Source of the DNA: a virus
Lineage: Duplodnaviria; Caudoviricetes
Reading direction: 5' to 3' (one strand)
Virus record (IMG/VR): IMGVR_UViG_3300035494_000040
Coordinates: 1-37,802 of that record
Length of the DNA: 37,802 nt
A model generated the notes under the pieces. That model saw nothing but the letters and a program-made list of their open reading frames with translations, was not told where the DNA came from and did not search any database. The translations under genes were made by a program, and so were the position numbers. Positions 18,814 through 29,023 of this stretch are shown one piece after another (position 1 is the stretch's first letter; each line of letters opens with the position of its first letter).

Positions 18814-19218
18814 ATGATCGAATACATCACTGTCGCGGATGTTGACGAAAAGCTGGGTGATAGCTGGACTGATACCAGCAAGAAGTCACGCGCAGTGATG
18901 ATCGCCAACGTCTGGTTAACCAATCAGTCTTTGCCATCGCGTGATAGTGATGGCAAGACATACCCAGATCAGGTTGCTTATCCGGATGAATGGATCCAAG
19001 CGGGGGCAGAAATTGCCAAAGCGGCTGCTATTGGCACTATCTACGGTGCCAAGGAAACTGGCGTTCTGAGCAAGACAGTTAAGGCAGACACGGTGTCCAG
19101 TAGCAAAACCTTTACTGCTACCGCGAAAAAATACACTGCCGCTGAGTCGCTGGCGCTGGCATTGCTGAAACCGTGGATTAGTGGACTTGCCAACGTAATG
19201 CTACTAAAGAGGGTGTGA
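18814..19218 (+). CDS. Head-tail adaptor
   Basis: YITVADVD N-terminus, LLKPW; position. Confidence 0.75.
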   Translation: MIEYITVADVDEKLGDSWTDTSKKSRAVMIANVWLTNQSLPSRDSDGKTYPDQVAYPDEWIQAGAEIAKAAAIGTIYGAKETGVLSKTVKADTVSSSKTFTATAKKYTAAESLALALLKPWISGLANVMLLKRV

Positions 19219-19219
19219 T

Positions 19220-19591
19220 ATGGGCTTACGCGAAGATCTGCAAGCCGACATTGCAGAAGCCTTTGATGACGATTTGGCCGATGCTGTTCCGTCATTTTCT
19301 GGTTTCAGAGTTATTGGAACTGAATACGATCCAGTGACCGAAACGCAGGTTGAGCAGAAAGTTACTTTTAGTGGTCGCGGCGTGTTTGGCAGTTACTCAA
19401 CAGATATTGCCGATGGCATCAATATCCTGCTGACAGATACCAAACTAACTGCTTTGCAGAATGAAGTTGTTGATGCTGATAGCGTAGCTTTCACGCCTGC
19501 TATCGATGACATAATCAATGGGCTTAAGGTTATCAGCGTTGGTAAGGATCCTGCAGGCGCTTCTTGGTCGATTCAGTTGAGGAAGGCTTGA
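19220..19591 (+). CDS. Head-closure/head-tail joining protein
   Basis: YDPVT...DPAGASWSIQLRK; position. Confidence 0.75.
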   Translation: MGLREDLQADIAEAFDDDLADAVPSFSGFRVIGTEYDPVTETQVEQKVTFSGRGVFGSYSTDIADGINILLTDTKLTALQNEVVDADSVAFTPAIDDIINGLKVISVGKDPAGASWSIQLRKA

Positions 19592-19980
19592 TGGCTAAGT
19601 ACCGTCCTCATATTTACCAAACACCATTTGATCATGTGCTTTATGCGTTGGCACGTAACCAAAAGCAGTTGAATCAGATAACTGGAAGTTGTCAGGAAAA
19701 GTTTTTGGATGTGCAAGCAGACGCTTGTGTGACGTACTTTGAAAATGAAAGCAATAAGTCACTGTGCATTGTTCAACTGCCAGATGTCGCTGATAAAACC
19801 ATCGTGCAAATTCATGGCTTGTTACTGCACGAAGCTGTTCATATTTGGCAGAAGTTGAAGAATAAAATGTACGAGGATCACCCAAGCATTGAGTTTGAGG
19901 CCTACTCAATACAGCGTATTGCGCTTGATTTATTTGAAGCGTTTCAAGATAGCGATCGCGCAGGAGGTGTCAATGGCTAA
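19591..19980 (+). CDS. HExxH-motif protein inserted among neck genes
   Basis: LLHEAVHIWQ...EFEAYSIQ; ATG 19591 coupled to upstream stop. Confidence 0.75.
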   Translation: MAKYRPHIYQTPFDHVLYALARNQKQLNQITGSCQEKFLDVQADACVTYFENESNKSLCIVQLPDVADKTIVQIHGLLLHEAVHIWQKLKNKMYEDHPSIEFEAYSIQRIALDLFEAFQDSDRAGGVNG

Positions 19981-20371
19981 AGGCGGCTGGTCTAATCCTC
20001 CTTCTGGATTCATGACGGAAGTTGAAGGCTATATCAACGGATTTCAGCGCCGCATAGCCACAGATGCGCTATCGATGGTGGTAATGGGTTCGCCTGTCGA
20101 TAAAGGGGCGTATCGTGGAAATCACCGGGTTACTATCAACGGAATTGATATCAGTTATTCACTGGATGACGTTGACAAAGCAGGGCAGGAAACTATCGCG
20201 CGCGGAACTGGCGTGATTGATGGAGCCAACCTTATTTACAAGGAAATCGTTATCCAAAACAACCTGTCGTATGGCGAAGAATTAGAAAACGGGCACTCAC
20301 AGCAGGCACCGCAAGGGATTTATGGTCCAGCAATGGCAACTCTCGCAGCAAAATATGGTGGCAAGCAATGA
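19973..20371 (+). CDS. HK97 gp10-like tail completion protein
   Basis: SPVDKGAYR...NNLSYGEELENGHSQQAPQG; AGGAGG RBS. Confidence 0.85.
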   Translation: MAKGGWSNPPSGFMTEVEGYINGFQRRIATDALSMVVMGSPVDKGAYRGNHRVTINGIDISYSLDDVDKAGQETIARGTGVIDGANLIYKEIVIQNNLSYGEELENGHSQQAPQGIYGPAMATLAAKYGGKQ

Positions 20372-20787
20372 CATTTGAAGAAATCCGCCAAGCCATTGTT
20401 GGCCGCATGGTGTCGTTTACTGGCATTGAGCAGTCACGCATTGACTATCCAAACCAGCCACAACGATTTACGCCGCCTGAAACTGGCCTTTGGTGTCGGC
20501 TGAGCATTCAGCATGGCACGTCATTTTTTACTGGGGTAGGTGATAAGCCATGTACGCGCCGACCAGGGCAGATAGTTGTCCAGTGCTTCGCCTATCTGCA
20601 ATCAGGGACAAAAGGGCTGAATCAGCTAACGGACAGTCTCGTTGAACATTTCCAATACTGGTCAAATGGTAAGCTTGAATGTTGGGAAGCCAGCCAGATA
20701 GATATCGGCAGCGATGCCTCCGCCGGTGATACCGCTGGTTCTGGCTTCTATCAAATCAACGTATCAATCCGGTTTGTAGCCGATTAA
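20368..20787 (+). CDS. Tail terminator protein (DUF4128-like)
   Basis: YPNQPQRFTPP...WCRL...YQINVSIRF; precedes tail tube. Confidence 0.8.
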   Translation: MTFEEIRQAIVGRMVSFTGIEQSRIDYPNQPQRFTPPETGLWCRLSIQHGTSFFTGVGDKPCTRRPGQIVVQCFAYLQSGTKGLNQLTDSLVEHFQYWSNGKLECWEASQIDIGSDASAGDTAGSGFYQINVSIRFVAD

Positions 20788-20807
20788 CAATCAAATTAAT
20801 TCACAAC

Positions 20808-20837
20808 AAGGTCAGCCATGTGCTGGCCTTTTTTATT
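20808..20837 (+). terminator. Rho-independent terminator
   Basis: AAGGTCAGC...GCTGGCCTT plus T run. Confidence 0.65.
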
Positions 20838-20877
20838 GCCACGCCGAGAGGCGTTTACTCTCATAGGAGATAAATCC

Positions 20878-22029
20878 ATGTCTAGTGGAGCTAAAGTCAT
20901 TTCTCACATTGCGCGTGAGCAAAGTCCAGGTGTGCTGCCAGCGTTACCGACTTGGCAAGTCATGCGACTGACGAGCAACGCGCTAACACCAACCATTAAC
21001 ACCAGCGAATCAGAAGAAATCACTGACACTCGTTTAGGTCAGGGTAGTTCTGCTGATAGCGTTGATATTGGCGGGGATCTGGCTGGCGAGTTTTCATTCG
21101 GAACGTTTGATAGCTTGCTGGCTGCTGCGTTCTACAACGAGTGGAACAACGACCAGTTAACCATCGGTGAAACACGGATTACTCACGCGATTGCCAAAGG
21201 GTACAAAGACGTTGGCGTTTACGCCATGTTCAAGGGTGCTCATGTATCAACTTGGGCGCTGGATATCCCGGAAGAAGGCAAGGTGACTACAACATTCACC
21301 ATGTCATGCCTCGATTATGAGGATGCCAACACCGTGATCGTGGTTTCTGCTGATGCTGCCACAGATACACCAGTTATGAGTTCTCTCAGCGTTGGTACAG
21401 TTAAGGCTGACGGCCAGAGTCTGGAAGGCGTGGCATGTGTGTCAGCACTCAGCTTATCGTTAGATAACTCGCTGCAGACTCAGCGCTGTCTAGGTTCTGG
21501 TAAGTTGGGTCCAGGCGCACTGATTGAAACTGCGGCTAACTTCACCGGTTCTGTTACTCTCGCGTTCTCTGCCAAAGCGTGGGAGATCTGGAAAAACCAG
21601 TTTACCCGAGCAACTATTGCCATTGAGTTTCCAATCGTTGATAGCTTGGGTAACTCATACGACATCCTGCTGCCGAAGTGCGAAGTCGATGGGGATCTGC
21701 CAAGCGGTGGACGTACAGACATTCTGCAGATTGAGTTAAATCTTACCATCGCCAAGCAAAGCCCGGTGATCACCCGTATTCCTGCGCCTACCGCGTTAAC
21801 CATTAGCGGCGGCACTTCTGTAGCAGAAGCGGCAACGCTGCAACTGTCTGTGGCGGCCACTCCATCTAATGGCAATACATCTGTCACTTGGTCATCTGAC
21901 AACGAAGCCGTGGCAACTGTCAGCGCTACCGGGTTAGTCACTGGCGTTTCTGCCGGTACTGCCAATATCACCGCTACCAGTTCAGTGTTGAGTACCATCA
22001 CTGACAGCGTAGAAATCACCGTTTCTTAA
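20878..22029 (+). CDS. Major tail tube protein with C-terminal Ig-like (Big_2) domain
   Basis: MSSGAKV start with AGGAG RBS; VTWSSDNEAVATVSATGLVTGVSAGTANITAT. Confidence 0.9.
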   Translation: MSSGAKVISHIAREQSPGVLPALPTWQVMRLTSNALTPTINTSESEEITDTRLGQGSSADSVDIGGDLAGEFSFGTFDSLLAAAFYNEWNNDQLTIGETRITHAIAKGYKDVGVYAMFKGAHVSTWALDIPEEGKVTTTFTMSCLDYEDANTVIVVSADAATDTPVMSSLSVGTVKADGQSLEGVACVSALSLSLDNSLQTQRCLGSGKLGPGALIETAANFTGSVTLAFSAKAWEIWKNQFTRATIAIEFPIVDSLGNSYDILLPKCEVDGDLPSGGRTDILQIELNLTIAKQSPVITRIPAPTALTISGGTSVAEAATLQLSVAATPSNGNTSVTWSSDNEAVATVSATGLVTGVSAGTANITATSSVLSTITDSVEITVS

Positions 22030-22047
22030 TTTGCTCACACAAGCATT

Positions 22048-22075
22048 GCCCGGTTAATAGCCGGGCTTTTTTATT
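22048..22075 (+). terminator. Rho-independent terminator
   Basis: GCCCGG...CCGGGC plus T run. Confidence 0.7.
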
Positions 22076-22088
22076 GGAGATAACCAAC

Positions 22089-22583
22089 ATGGGCTTATCG
22101 CTCGCTAACCACGACCTGATCGCCTCCGGTATCCGTTGGATTGATTACGACAAAAACACGCGCATTAAAATTGCTGGTATTGATGACCAGAAATACCAGA
22201 TTGCCGCAGACCGTGCCCGCCGCCTTATTTCACAGTCTGACGCCAGACAATCCCTACACAACATTTCCGTTTCTGATGCTGATGCCACTGAGTTTGATAT
22301 CCAGTGCCAGCTAATGAGCCGTTACATTGTGCTGGATTGGGATGGGGTGACAGATGAAAACGGAAACGAAACCGAATTTAGCCCGCAAAAAGCCGAAAAG
22401 CTGCTTAAAGGCAATGCTGCTTTCTTCGCTTGGGTGCTTGAACAGGCAACAAAAGTCACCATCGACAAAGCAAAAGAGATTGCTGATGCGAAAAAAAAGC
22501 CATTGAACGCTTCAATTGGGAGCGTGAGTGGCGCGGCAAGTCGGAAAAGAAAGCCATCATCTACCGCAAACTTGGAAGCGTAA
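22089..22583 (+). CDS. Tail assembly chaperone (G-like)
   Basis: Follows tail tube; LDWDGV motif; slippery site near 3' end. Confidence 0.85.
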   Translation: MGLSLANHDLIASGIRWIDYDKNTRIKIAGIDDQKYQIAADRARRLISQSDARQSLHNISVSDADATEFDIQCQLMSRYIVLDWDGVTDENGNETEFSPQKAEKLLKGNAAFFAWVLEQATKVTIDKAKEIADAKKKPLNASIGSVSGAASRKRKPSSTANLEA

Positions 22584-22816
22584 TCCCTGAAGAGCCAGAA
22601 AGCGATCCGCTCACTGACTACATTATTGGCCTGTTCTGGCAGTTAGAAGCTGGGCGGCGGATTGTGGTTTCAGCTACAGCCGTTGTGCCTTGCCGAATAT
22701 CCATACCTGAAATCACAGGCGTTGTGGAAGTGATCGGTGAAGTTATGGCTCGGCCAGCGCTAGATAGCATCATTTTTGCAATGGACGGCGAATATATGGA
22801 GTCAATCAAGAAATGA
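22493..22816 (+). CDS. -1 frameshift extension of the chaperone (T-like; fusion 22089-22816)
   Basis: A AAA AAG at 22493-22499; the -1 frame is open to TGA 22816, which overlaps the next ATG. Confidence 0.85.
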   Translation, partial: KKAIERFNWEREWRGKSEKKAIIYRKLGSVIPEEPESDPLTDYIIGLFWQLEAGRRIVVSATAVVPCRISIPEITGVVEVIGEVMARPALDSIIFAMDGEYMESIKK

Positions 22817-23166
22817 CGGAAACGTTTAACTGGCCTGTTAATGTCGGCGCTAGCGGCGAGATAACCCACAAGATCCTCAAAAATGAGTTTGGCGATGGCT
22901 ACACCCAAGCCTTTGGACTTGGCATTAACAGCCGTTCAGCGAGCTACAACGTGTCGGTGACAGGGTTTGTGGATGGGGTAAGAGAGCCAAACATTAAGCC
23001 AATCATCGATTTTCTTGATGCCAGAAAAGGCTATGAGTCTTTTTACTGGACAGCACCAGATGGAAAAACAGGCCTGTACCGGGTAGAAAGTTACTCGCCA
23101 ACTAATGACTCGCAGAACGGCAAGACTACTGTTAGTTGGACAATGCAGGAGACATTTCAGCCATGA
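22813..23166 (+). CDS. Minor tail protein M-like
   Basis: FGDGYTQ...GIN...FLD...SFYWTAP. Confidence 0.9.
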   Translation: MTETFNWPVNVGASGEITHKILKNEFGDGYTQAFGLGINSRSASYNVSVTGFVDGVREPNIKPIIDFLDARKGYESFYWTAPDGKTGLYRVESYSPTNDSQNGKTTVSWTMQETFQP

Positions 23167-23861
23167 GCATGAAATCTGATGTTCAAAAACTTGAACCAGG
23201 AAACCTTATCCGCCTGTTTGAGTTGGACTTGAGCAACTACAGCGGCGGCATTCAGCGATTCCACGGCCACATGCAGCAAGGTGAAATCATTTGGCAGGGT
23301 GAAACCTATTCACCGGTAAACGTCGATGTTTCCGGCATGGAAATGAACGGCGGCAAGACTGTGGCACCGGTTCTCACCATCGGCAATATGATTGATGGAA
23401 CTCGCGGTGCTGTTTCTGCACTATGCCTGTACTTCAATGACTTTGTTGGGTCAAAACTCACAGTACATGAAACATTCGCGCATTACCTAGATGCTGATAA
23501 TTTCCCAGAGGGGAATCCAACAGCATCAGACAGCGAAGTTACTAGCACTTGGTACATCGAACAGAAGACCAGCGAAAATGTCCAGCAAGTGCAGTTCGAA
23601 CTTGCATCACCAGCCAGCTATGCCGATATGCTGATCCCCACTCGACAAATCACTAACCGATGTACTTGGTGCGTGCGTGGTGAGTACCGCGGCGACTCTT
23701 GCGGGTACACCGGCGGATATGTGGATAAAGACGGTAATCCAACCACAGATCCGGCATTAGATAAATGCTCTGGGCTTATCGACTCCGGGTGCAAACCTCG
23801 ATTTGGTGAAGATGCAGAATTACCGTTCGGCGGATTCCCAAGCGCAGGCCTATTGAGGTAA
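23163..23861 (+). CDS. Minor tail protein L-like
   Basis: CTWCVRGEYRGDSCGY...C...C..RFG...FGGFP. Confidence 0.93.
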   Translation: MSMKSDVQKLEPGNLIRLFELDLSNYSGGIQRFHGHMQQGEIIWQGETYSPVNVDVSGMEMNGGKTVAPVLTIGNMIDGTRGAVSALCLYFNDFVGSKLTVHETFAHYLDADNFPEGNPTASDSEVTSTWYIEQKTSENVQQVQFELASPASYADMLIPTRQITNRCTWCVRGEYRGDSCGYTGGYVDKDGNPTTDPALDKCSGLIDSGCKPRFGEDAELPFGGFPSAGLLR

Positions 23862-23866
23862 CAACC

Positions 23867-24646
23867 ATGATAAAAGTACCTGATGCCGTAATGGCGGAAA
23901 TATTCTCACATGCCGCCGAAGTAGCACTACAAGAATGCTGCGGTCTGCTGGTAAAGGTAGGGCGAAAAGTGCAGTATCGCCGCTGCCGCAATATTGCAGA
24001 TGATCCGCTGAATCACTTCCAGCTTGATACTGATGATCAATGCGCAGCAGAGGATGCCGGAAAGCTATTGGCAATCGTCCACAGCCATCCTGACGCACTG
24101 CCAAAGCCATCCATTGTTGACCGTATAGAGTGCGAAAAACACGAATTACCGTGGCTGATTGTTGGCCGAGACAATGAATTTGAATGGTTAGAACCCACTG
24201 GTTACACAGCGCCGCTACTTGGCCGCCAGTTCGTCCATGGTGTACTTGATTGCTATCAAGCAATTTCAGACTTCTACGCGCGTGAATTAGGCATTTTACT
24301 CGGGCACTATGAGCGCAATGACCGCTGGTGGGAGAACAAAGACGGGCCAAGCCTGTATCTGGACAACTTCGAGAAAGAGGGGTTTGCCCGTGTGGATTCA
24401 CCGCGCCGTGGCGACATCCTCATTATGCGCATCAAAACACCTGGCTTGCCGTGCTATCACCCAAATCATGCCGGGGTGTTCCTTGGCGATAACCCGCTAT
24501 TCAAGAGCGAAGCGGCAACCGCACTATGTGGTGCTGGCCCGTTCTTCTATCACCACCTTTATGGCCGCTTGGCTACCCGCGAAATATACGGACACAGCTG
24601 GGCCACGCGCACTGAGCTAGTTCTGCGCCACGAATCAATGATTTGA
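23867..24646 (+). CDS. Tail assembly protein K-like (JAB + NlpC/P60)
   Basis: ECCG, HSHPD, DCY, NHAG motifs. Confidence 0.93.
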   Translation: MIKVPDAVMAEIFSHAAEVALQECCGLLVKVGRKVQYRRCRNIADDPLNHFQLDTDDQCAAEDAGKLLAIVHSHPDALPKPSIVDRIECEKHELPWLIVGRDNEFEWLEPTGYTAPLLGRQFVHGVLDCYQAISDFYARELGILLGHYERNDRWWENKDGPSLYLDNFEKEGFARVDSPRRGDILIMRIKTPGLPCYHPNHAGVFLGDNPLFKSEAATALCGAGPFFYHHLYGRLATREIYGHSWATRTELVLRHESMI

Positions 24647-24653
24647 GGTAATT

Positions 24654-25238
24654 ATGGGATTACGTACTGTGCGCCTGTACGGCGTTTTGGGCACTAAGTT
24701 TGGCCGCGAATGGAAACTAGACTGCAAGTCACCGGCGGATGCCGTGCAGGCGCTTTGCCACATGGTGCCTGGTTTTGAAAAGTTCATGCGCGAAGCAGAG
24801 CAGTGCGGACTTGTATTTTCAGTGTTCAGCGGAAAGCGAAATCTGTCAGAGGAAGAGCTGATATTCCGTGGCACTGAACATGAAGCTATCCGCATTGCAC
24901 CAATAATCAAGGGCAGTAAACAAGGCGGGCTATTTCAGACGATCCTTGGTGTCGCATTAGTTGGCATTGGTTTTTTTGCGTTTGGTACAACATCGGCCCT
25001 TGGGCTTGGACTAATTGCTGCTGGTGCCGGAATTGGGCTTGGTGGAATAGTTCAAATGCTCTCGCCAATGCCTGAATCAGCAGGAGTTGGGGAACAGGAT
25101 GGAAATAACCCTAGCACCGGTTTCGGCGGTCCGGTAACGACCACATCTATGGGACACCCTGTGCCATTGCTATACGGTGAATTTATGGTAGGTGGTGCTG
25201 TTCTTTCTGCCGGAAACTACACCGAAGACAAATCCTAA
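24654..25238 (+). CDS. Tail assembly protein I-like
   Basis: VRLYGVLGTKFGR...PVPLLYGE. Confidence 0.92.
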   Translation: MGLRTVRLYGVLGTKFGREWKLDCKSPADAVQALCHMVPGFEKFMREAEQCGLVFSVFSGKRNLSEEELIFRGTEHEAIRIAPIIKGSKQGGLFQTILGVALVGIGFFAFGTTSALGLGLIAAGAGIGLGGIVQMLSPMPESAGVGEQDGNNPSTGFGGPVTTTSMGHPVPLLYGEFMVGGAVLSAGNYTEDKS

Positions 25239-25254
25239 TTATCATCAATATCGT

Positions 25255-25279
25255 AACCGCCATAAGGCGGTTTTTTATT
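25255..25279 (+). terminator. Rho-independent terminator
   Basis: AACCGCC-ATAA-GGCGGTT plus T run. Confidence 0.7.
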
Positions 25280-25316
25280 ACCTGAAATCTGCCACATTCC
25301 GTGAGGAACCACATTA

Positions 25317-28300
25317 ATGGCCTATGAATCAAGACTGTCGATCACTATCGATAGCCGCACTGCTGAGCAGAAAGCTCAGGATCTGCAGTCAGCATTACAG
25401 CTACTTGAAAACGCTGGAATACGCCTAACTAATACCAACCAAAAGGTATCAAGCACCAGCAAAGCCGCTGGCTCCGCTATGGGTGAGGCAGGTAATCAGG
25501 CAAATAAAGGTACATCAGGCGTTAATAGGTTAAACAAATCATTGCGCGACACCGATACTGGCGCAGCACAATTAGCTGCCACCATTCGCCGCAGTCTGAT
25601 TGGTGCCTTTGCTGGCATCAGCACCATCAATGTATACAAGTCTGTTACTGATAATCTAAAAGCTTATCAGGACATGCGTACCCGCCTTACACAACTTGTC
25701 GGAACAAGTCAGCAATACCAGAAAGAAGAAGAATACCTGATTCAGCTTTCTAAGGATCACCATAAAGAGTTGATCCCGCTTGCCGATAGCTATGTCCGCC
25801 TTATCGCGCTGCAAAAACAAGGCATCATTACCACAGAAGAAGCCCGCAAGATAACCGAAGGGTTCAGCAACGCACAGAGCGCGTTGGGGATCACCACTGA
25901 ACAACAGGGATTTATCCTTTACGGTTTGTCGCAGGCTCTGTCACAGGGCACAGTACAGGCTCAGGAACTTAACCAAGTAATTGAGCCAATGCCAGGATTA
26001 TTGGATGCTTTAGGCCGCGCGGCTGGATTTACTGGCAAAGGTGTTGGTGTCCAGTTCCGCAACATGGTTAAGGAAGGCAAGGTAACAAGTGACTTTCTGA
26101 AAGATACCTTGATCAAGGCATTGCAGGACTATAACGGAGCTGCCGCTGCAACTGCTGACAACTTATCTGCCAAATACCGCGACCTTTCAAACTCATATCA
26201 GTTATTGGTTGTTGCATTTGAAAAGCCAATTGCTAGCACGTTAACACCAATCCTTGATTCAATAACACAAGCTACTAATTACTTTTCTGGTGAGGCATCA
26301 ACGCTTTCAGATGGGCTGCAAACAATTGGCAAGATAGCCGGAGGCGCTGCCGCCGCTGGCGTTGCCTTCTACGGTACAAAGCTGGCTTATGCCACTCAAG
26401 CAGCCATCACTCATCAGCTTGCCATCGCTAACGAAACCAGAACGCTATTACTTGAGGCTCAGGCTGAACAACGCGCTGCCGAAGCTATTCAAATGTCGGC
26501 CAAGCAAGAGTTGGCAAGGGCCAACGCTGCCGTAGCCAGTGCTGAAGCTAAGGTGATGGCAGATAAAGAGGCTCAGGCTTCTGAAATTGCCAGAATGCGC
26601 ACCACTCAGCAGCTAATGACGGTTGAGAATGCGCTAGAAGTACAGCGCATGAAGTCGCAAATTAGCGATATTGGCAGACAGCAAGCCACCGCACGTATGG
26701 CTGAAATTCGCCTTGCAGAAGTTGCGCTTACCAAGAAGATAGAAGCGGCTGAACGAAGCCTTGCCGCCACAACCACGGCAACAAGCGTAGCAGTTCAGGC
26801 GGCATACGCGCAAAGAACAGCCGCTGTTGAGGCTTATGGTATAGCGACAGCTACAGTTAACCGTGCCGTTGTCCAGACTGAAAAGGCTGTTGCTGCTGCC
26901 AGCCTACTTTCTCGCGCAACAACAGCATTGACTGGATTCTTAACTGGCCCAGTAGGATTGGCAATATCTGTAGGACTGGTTGCTGCATCATTTATTGATT
27001 TCTCTGATAAATCAAAAACAGCTAAGGAAGCAGCTAAAGAACTTTCAGAAAAAGTTGATTCTCTTACGGAATCTTTCTCTGGACTAAATGAAGTTCAGAG
27101 ACAGGTGCAGGTTGCCAAGTTTAATTCACAGATGGCGACCATTCGCGAGCAGATTAACAATAATAATGACGCAATAATCCAACTTAATGAGTTGGTAAAG
27201 TCAACATTTAATGAATCGACAAGATTTGGTCTTATTAACCAGATTGATCAGCTAAAGAAAAAAAATGATGAACTTGAAAAGCAGCTAAACGAAATATCAC
27301 TTAAACAACAGGCTGTGTTTAAATCTGGTTTACCAGATATAAAAAACACAACGGCAGCAACCGATGAAGCCGCTAAGTCCACAGAAAAATTGGACAAATC
27401 ATCAGAAAAGTTGCTCCAGTCTCTACGCGATGAATATGCTGAGGTAACGCTAGGGAAAGAGGCACTAAAGCAATACAACGCCGAGAAAGTTATAGCCCAG
27501 ATAGAATCATCAAAACTTGAAGGCGGGCTGAAGTCAGAAGCATTATTGCTGGTTGAGGAAATTCAGAAACGCAAGGATGCCAAAAAGGCACTTGAGGAAC
27601 AGCGACAGGCGGCCCAAGAATATGCAGCGATTCAGCAAAAGCTAGCAGTATTCCAAGAGCAGCAGAATCTATCAATCACTGGTATGGGCCGTGGTGATAA
27701 GTGGCGGAAGCAGCAAGAGCAGGAATTGCAGGTAAGGCAGCAATCAGCTAATGCTATATTGGCGTTAGAACAGGCTCAACAAGTCGAATCTACACGCATT
27801 AGTGACGCCGCTTACAAACAACGTCTTACTAATATTCAGTATCAAGAAAGTCAGCAGATAGAAGCTATACGCAATGCGGCAATGCAAAAGGCTGCAGCAG
27901 AGCAAAACTGGATGACGGGATCAATGGAGGCTCTGCAGAACTATGCCGATGCCGCAGCCAATACTTACCAGAACGTTCAGGATGCCACCGCTAATGTACT
28001 GAGTGAAACCACATCAACGATCAGCAGCAGCCTATATGACTTAGCGACAGGTGCAGAAACACTAGGCGGATCCCTACAAAATATGGTGAAAGGCTTTGCC
28101 TCTTCCATGCTGCAAGCTTTGACTGATTTAGCTGCGCAGTGGCTGGTGTATCAAACTGTTCAGATGTTGGTAGGTAGTACAACTCAGGCGCTTGCAGGTT
28201 CACAAATGTTTTCCAATGCGATTGCTGCGCAACAGATGGCGGCTTTGAACGCATACGCTTCAACAGCAGCTATTCCGTTAATTGGTCCTGCCGCTGCACC

Positions 28301-28685
28301 AGCCGCAGCAGGTTTAGCAATTGCAGAAACTACGCCATTTGTTACTACTATTGCATCCTCTGCTTTTGCTGGGTTGTTCGACAGCGGTGGTAATATTCCA
28401 TCAAACAAATGGGGTATTGTTGGCGAGTACGGTCCTGAAATTGTGTCAGGTGCCAATGTTACCAGTAGGCAGACAACTGCTGATATTTTGAAGCAGGCGG
28501 GCAGTTCAAGCGGAAGCCCAGTAAACGTTTATGTATCAGTAAATCCACAAACAGGCCAGACGGAAGTTACCGGGGATCAAACATCTCAGTACAAACAGCT
28601 AGGTGTGATGATTGGCAACGCTGTACGCAAGATCATTATCGAGGAACAGCGGCCAATGGGATTACTGGATTCAAGAAAGCGTTAA
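25317..28685 (+). CDS. Tail tape measure protein
   Basis: 1122 aa Ala/Gln-rich helical protein; LSQALSQGTVQAQELNQ; FDSGG...GIVGEYGPE C-terminus. Confidence 0.93.
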   Translation: MAYESRLSITIDSRTAEQKAQDLQSALQLLENAGIRLTNTNQKVSSTSKAAGSAMGEAGNQANKGTSGVNRLNKSLRDTDTGAAQLAATIRRSLIGAFAGISTINVYKSVTDNLKAYQDMRTRLTQLVGTSQQYQKEEEYLIQLSKDHHKELIPLADSYVRLIALQKQGIITTEEARKITEGFSNAQSALGITTEQQGFILYGLSQALSQGTVQAQELNQVIEPMPGLLDALGRAAGFTGKGVGVQFRNMVKEGKVTSDFLKDTLIKALQDYNGAAAATADNLSAKYRDLSNSYQLLVVAFEKPIASTLTPILDSITQATNYFSGEASTLSDGLQTIGKIAGGAAAAGVAFYGTKLAYATQAAITHQLAIANETRTLLLEAQAEQRAAEAIQMSAKQELARANAAVASAEAKVMADKEAQASEIARMRTTQQLMTVENALEVQRMKSQISDIGRQQATARMAEIRLAEVALTKKIEAAERSLAATTTATSVAVQAAYAQRTAAVEAYGIATATVNRAVVQTEKAVAAASLLSRATTALTGFLTGPVGLAISVGLVAASFIDFSDKSKTAKEAAKELSEKVDSLTESFSGLNEVQRQVQVAKFNSQMATIREQINNNNDAIIQLNELVKSTFNESTRFGLINQIDQLKKKNDELEKQLNEISLKQQAVFKSGLPDIKNTTAATDEAAKSTEKLDKSSEKLLQSLRDEYAEVTLGKEALKQYNAEKVIAQIESSKLEGGLKSEALLLVEEIQKRKDAKKALEEQRQAAQEYAAIQQKLAVFQEQQNLSITGMGRGDKWRKQQEQELQVRQQSANAILALEQAQQVESTRISDAAYKQRLTNIQYQESQQIEAIRNAAMQKAAAEQNWMTGSMEALQNYADAAANTYQNVQDATANVLSETTSTISSSLYDLATGAETLGGSLQNMVKGFASSMLQALTDLAAQWLVYQTVQMLVGSTTQALAGSQMFSNAIAAQQMAALNAYASTAAIPLIGPAAAPAAAGLAIAETTPFVTTIASSAFAGLFDSGGNIPSNKWGIVGEYGPEIVSGANVTSRQTTADILKQAGSSSGSPVNVYVSVNPQTGQTEVTGDQTSQYKQLGVMIGNAVRKIIIEEQRPMGLLDSRKR

Positions 28686-29023
28686 TTTATTTCTAATGAA
28701 ATTACTTTCCACATATCATTTGGCAATCCAATAATTTTGCATGTATATGTGTTTCTAATCATAGCACCAAAACTATTTTGGGCATCTACAGTTCCAGAAA
28801 CTATAAATGTTTTTGACATCGATCCATCTTTATTAGTTACAGTATCAAAAGGTATAACATCAGAATCAGTATAGCTTCCAAACTCAGCAGTTGAAGGTGC
28901 CTTTAGTTTGTATGAAACAGCTTTGTTGCATTGAACAAATGCCATTGTAGCTGATGGCTCATGTGGTTTGCATCCACTACATATACTAGTAATAAGTACC
29001 ACAACGATAGCGAGTTTTTTCAT
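28682..29023 (-). CDS. Accessory lipoprotein
   Basis: MKK + hydrophobic + CSGC lipobox; LKAPSTAEF...VDAQNSFGAMIR; AT-rich. Confidence 0.8.
   Translation of the reverse strand: MKKLAIVVVLITSICSGCKPHEPSATMAFVQCNKAVSYKLKAPSTAEFGSYTDSDVIPFDTVTNKDGSMSKTFIVSGTVDAQNSFGAMIRNTYTCKIIGLPNDMWKVISLEIN

Noticed and set aside
21480-22019. Long antisense ORFs (also 4158-4745, 23850-24401 and similar)
   Set aside because: Shadows of well-supported plus-strand genes, with no motifs
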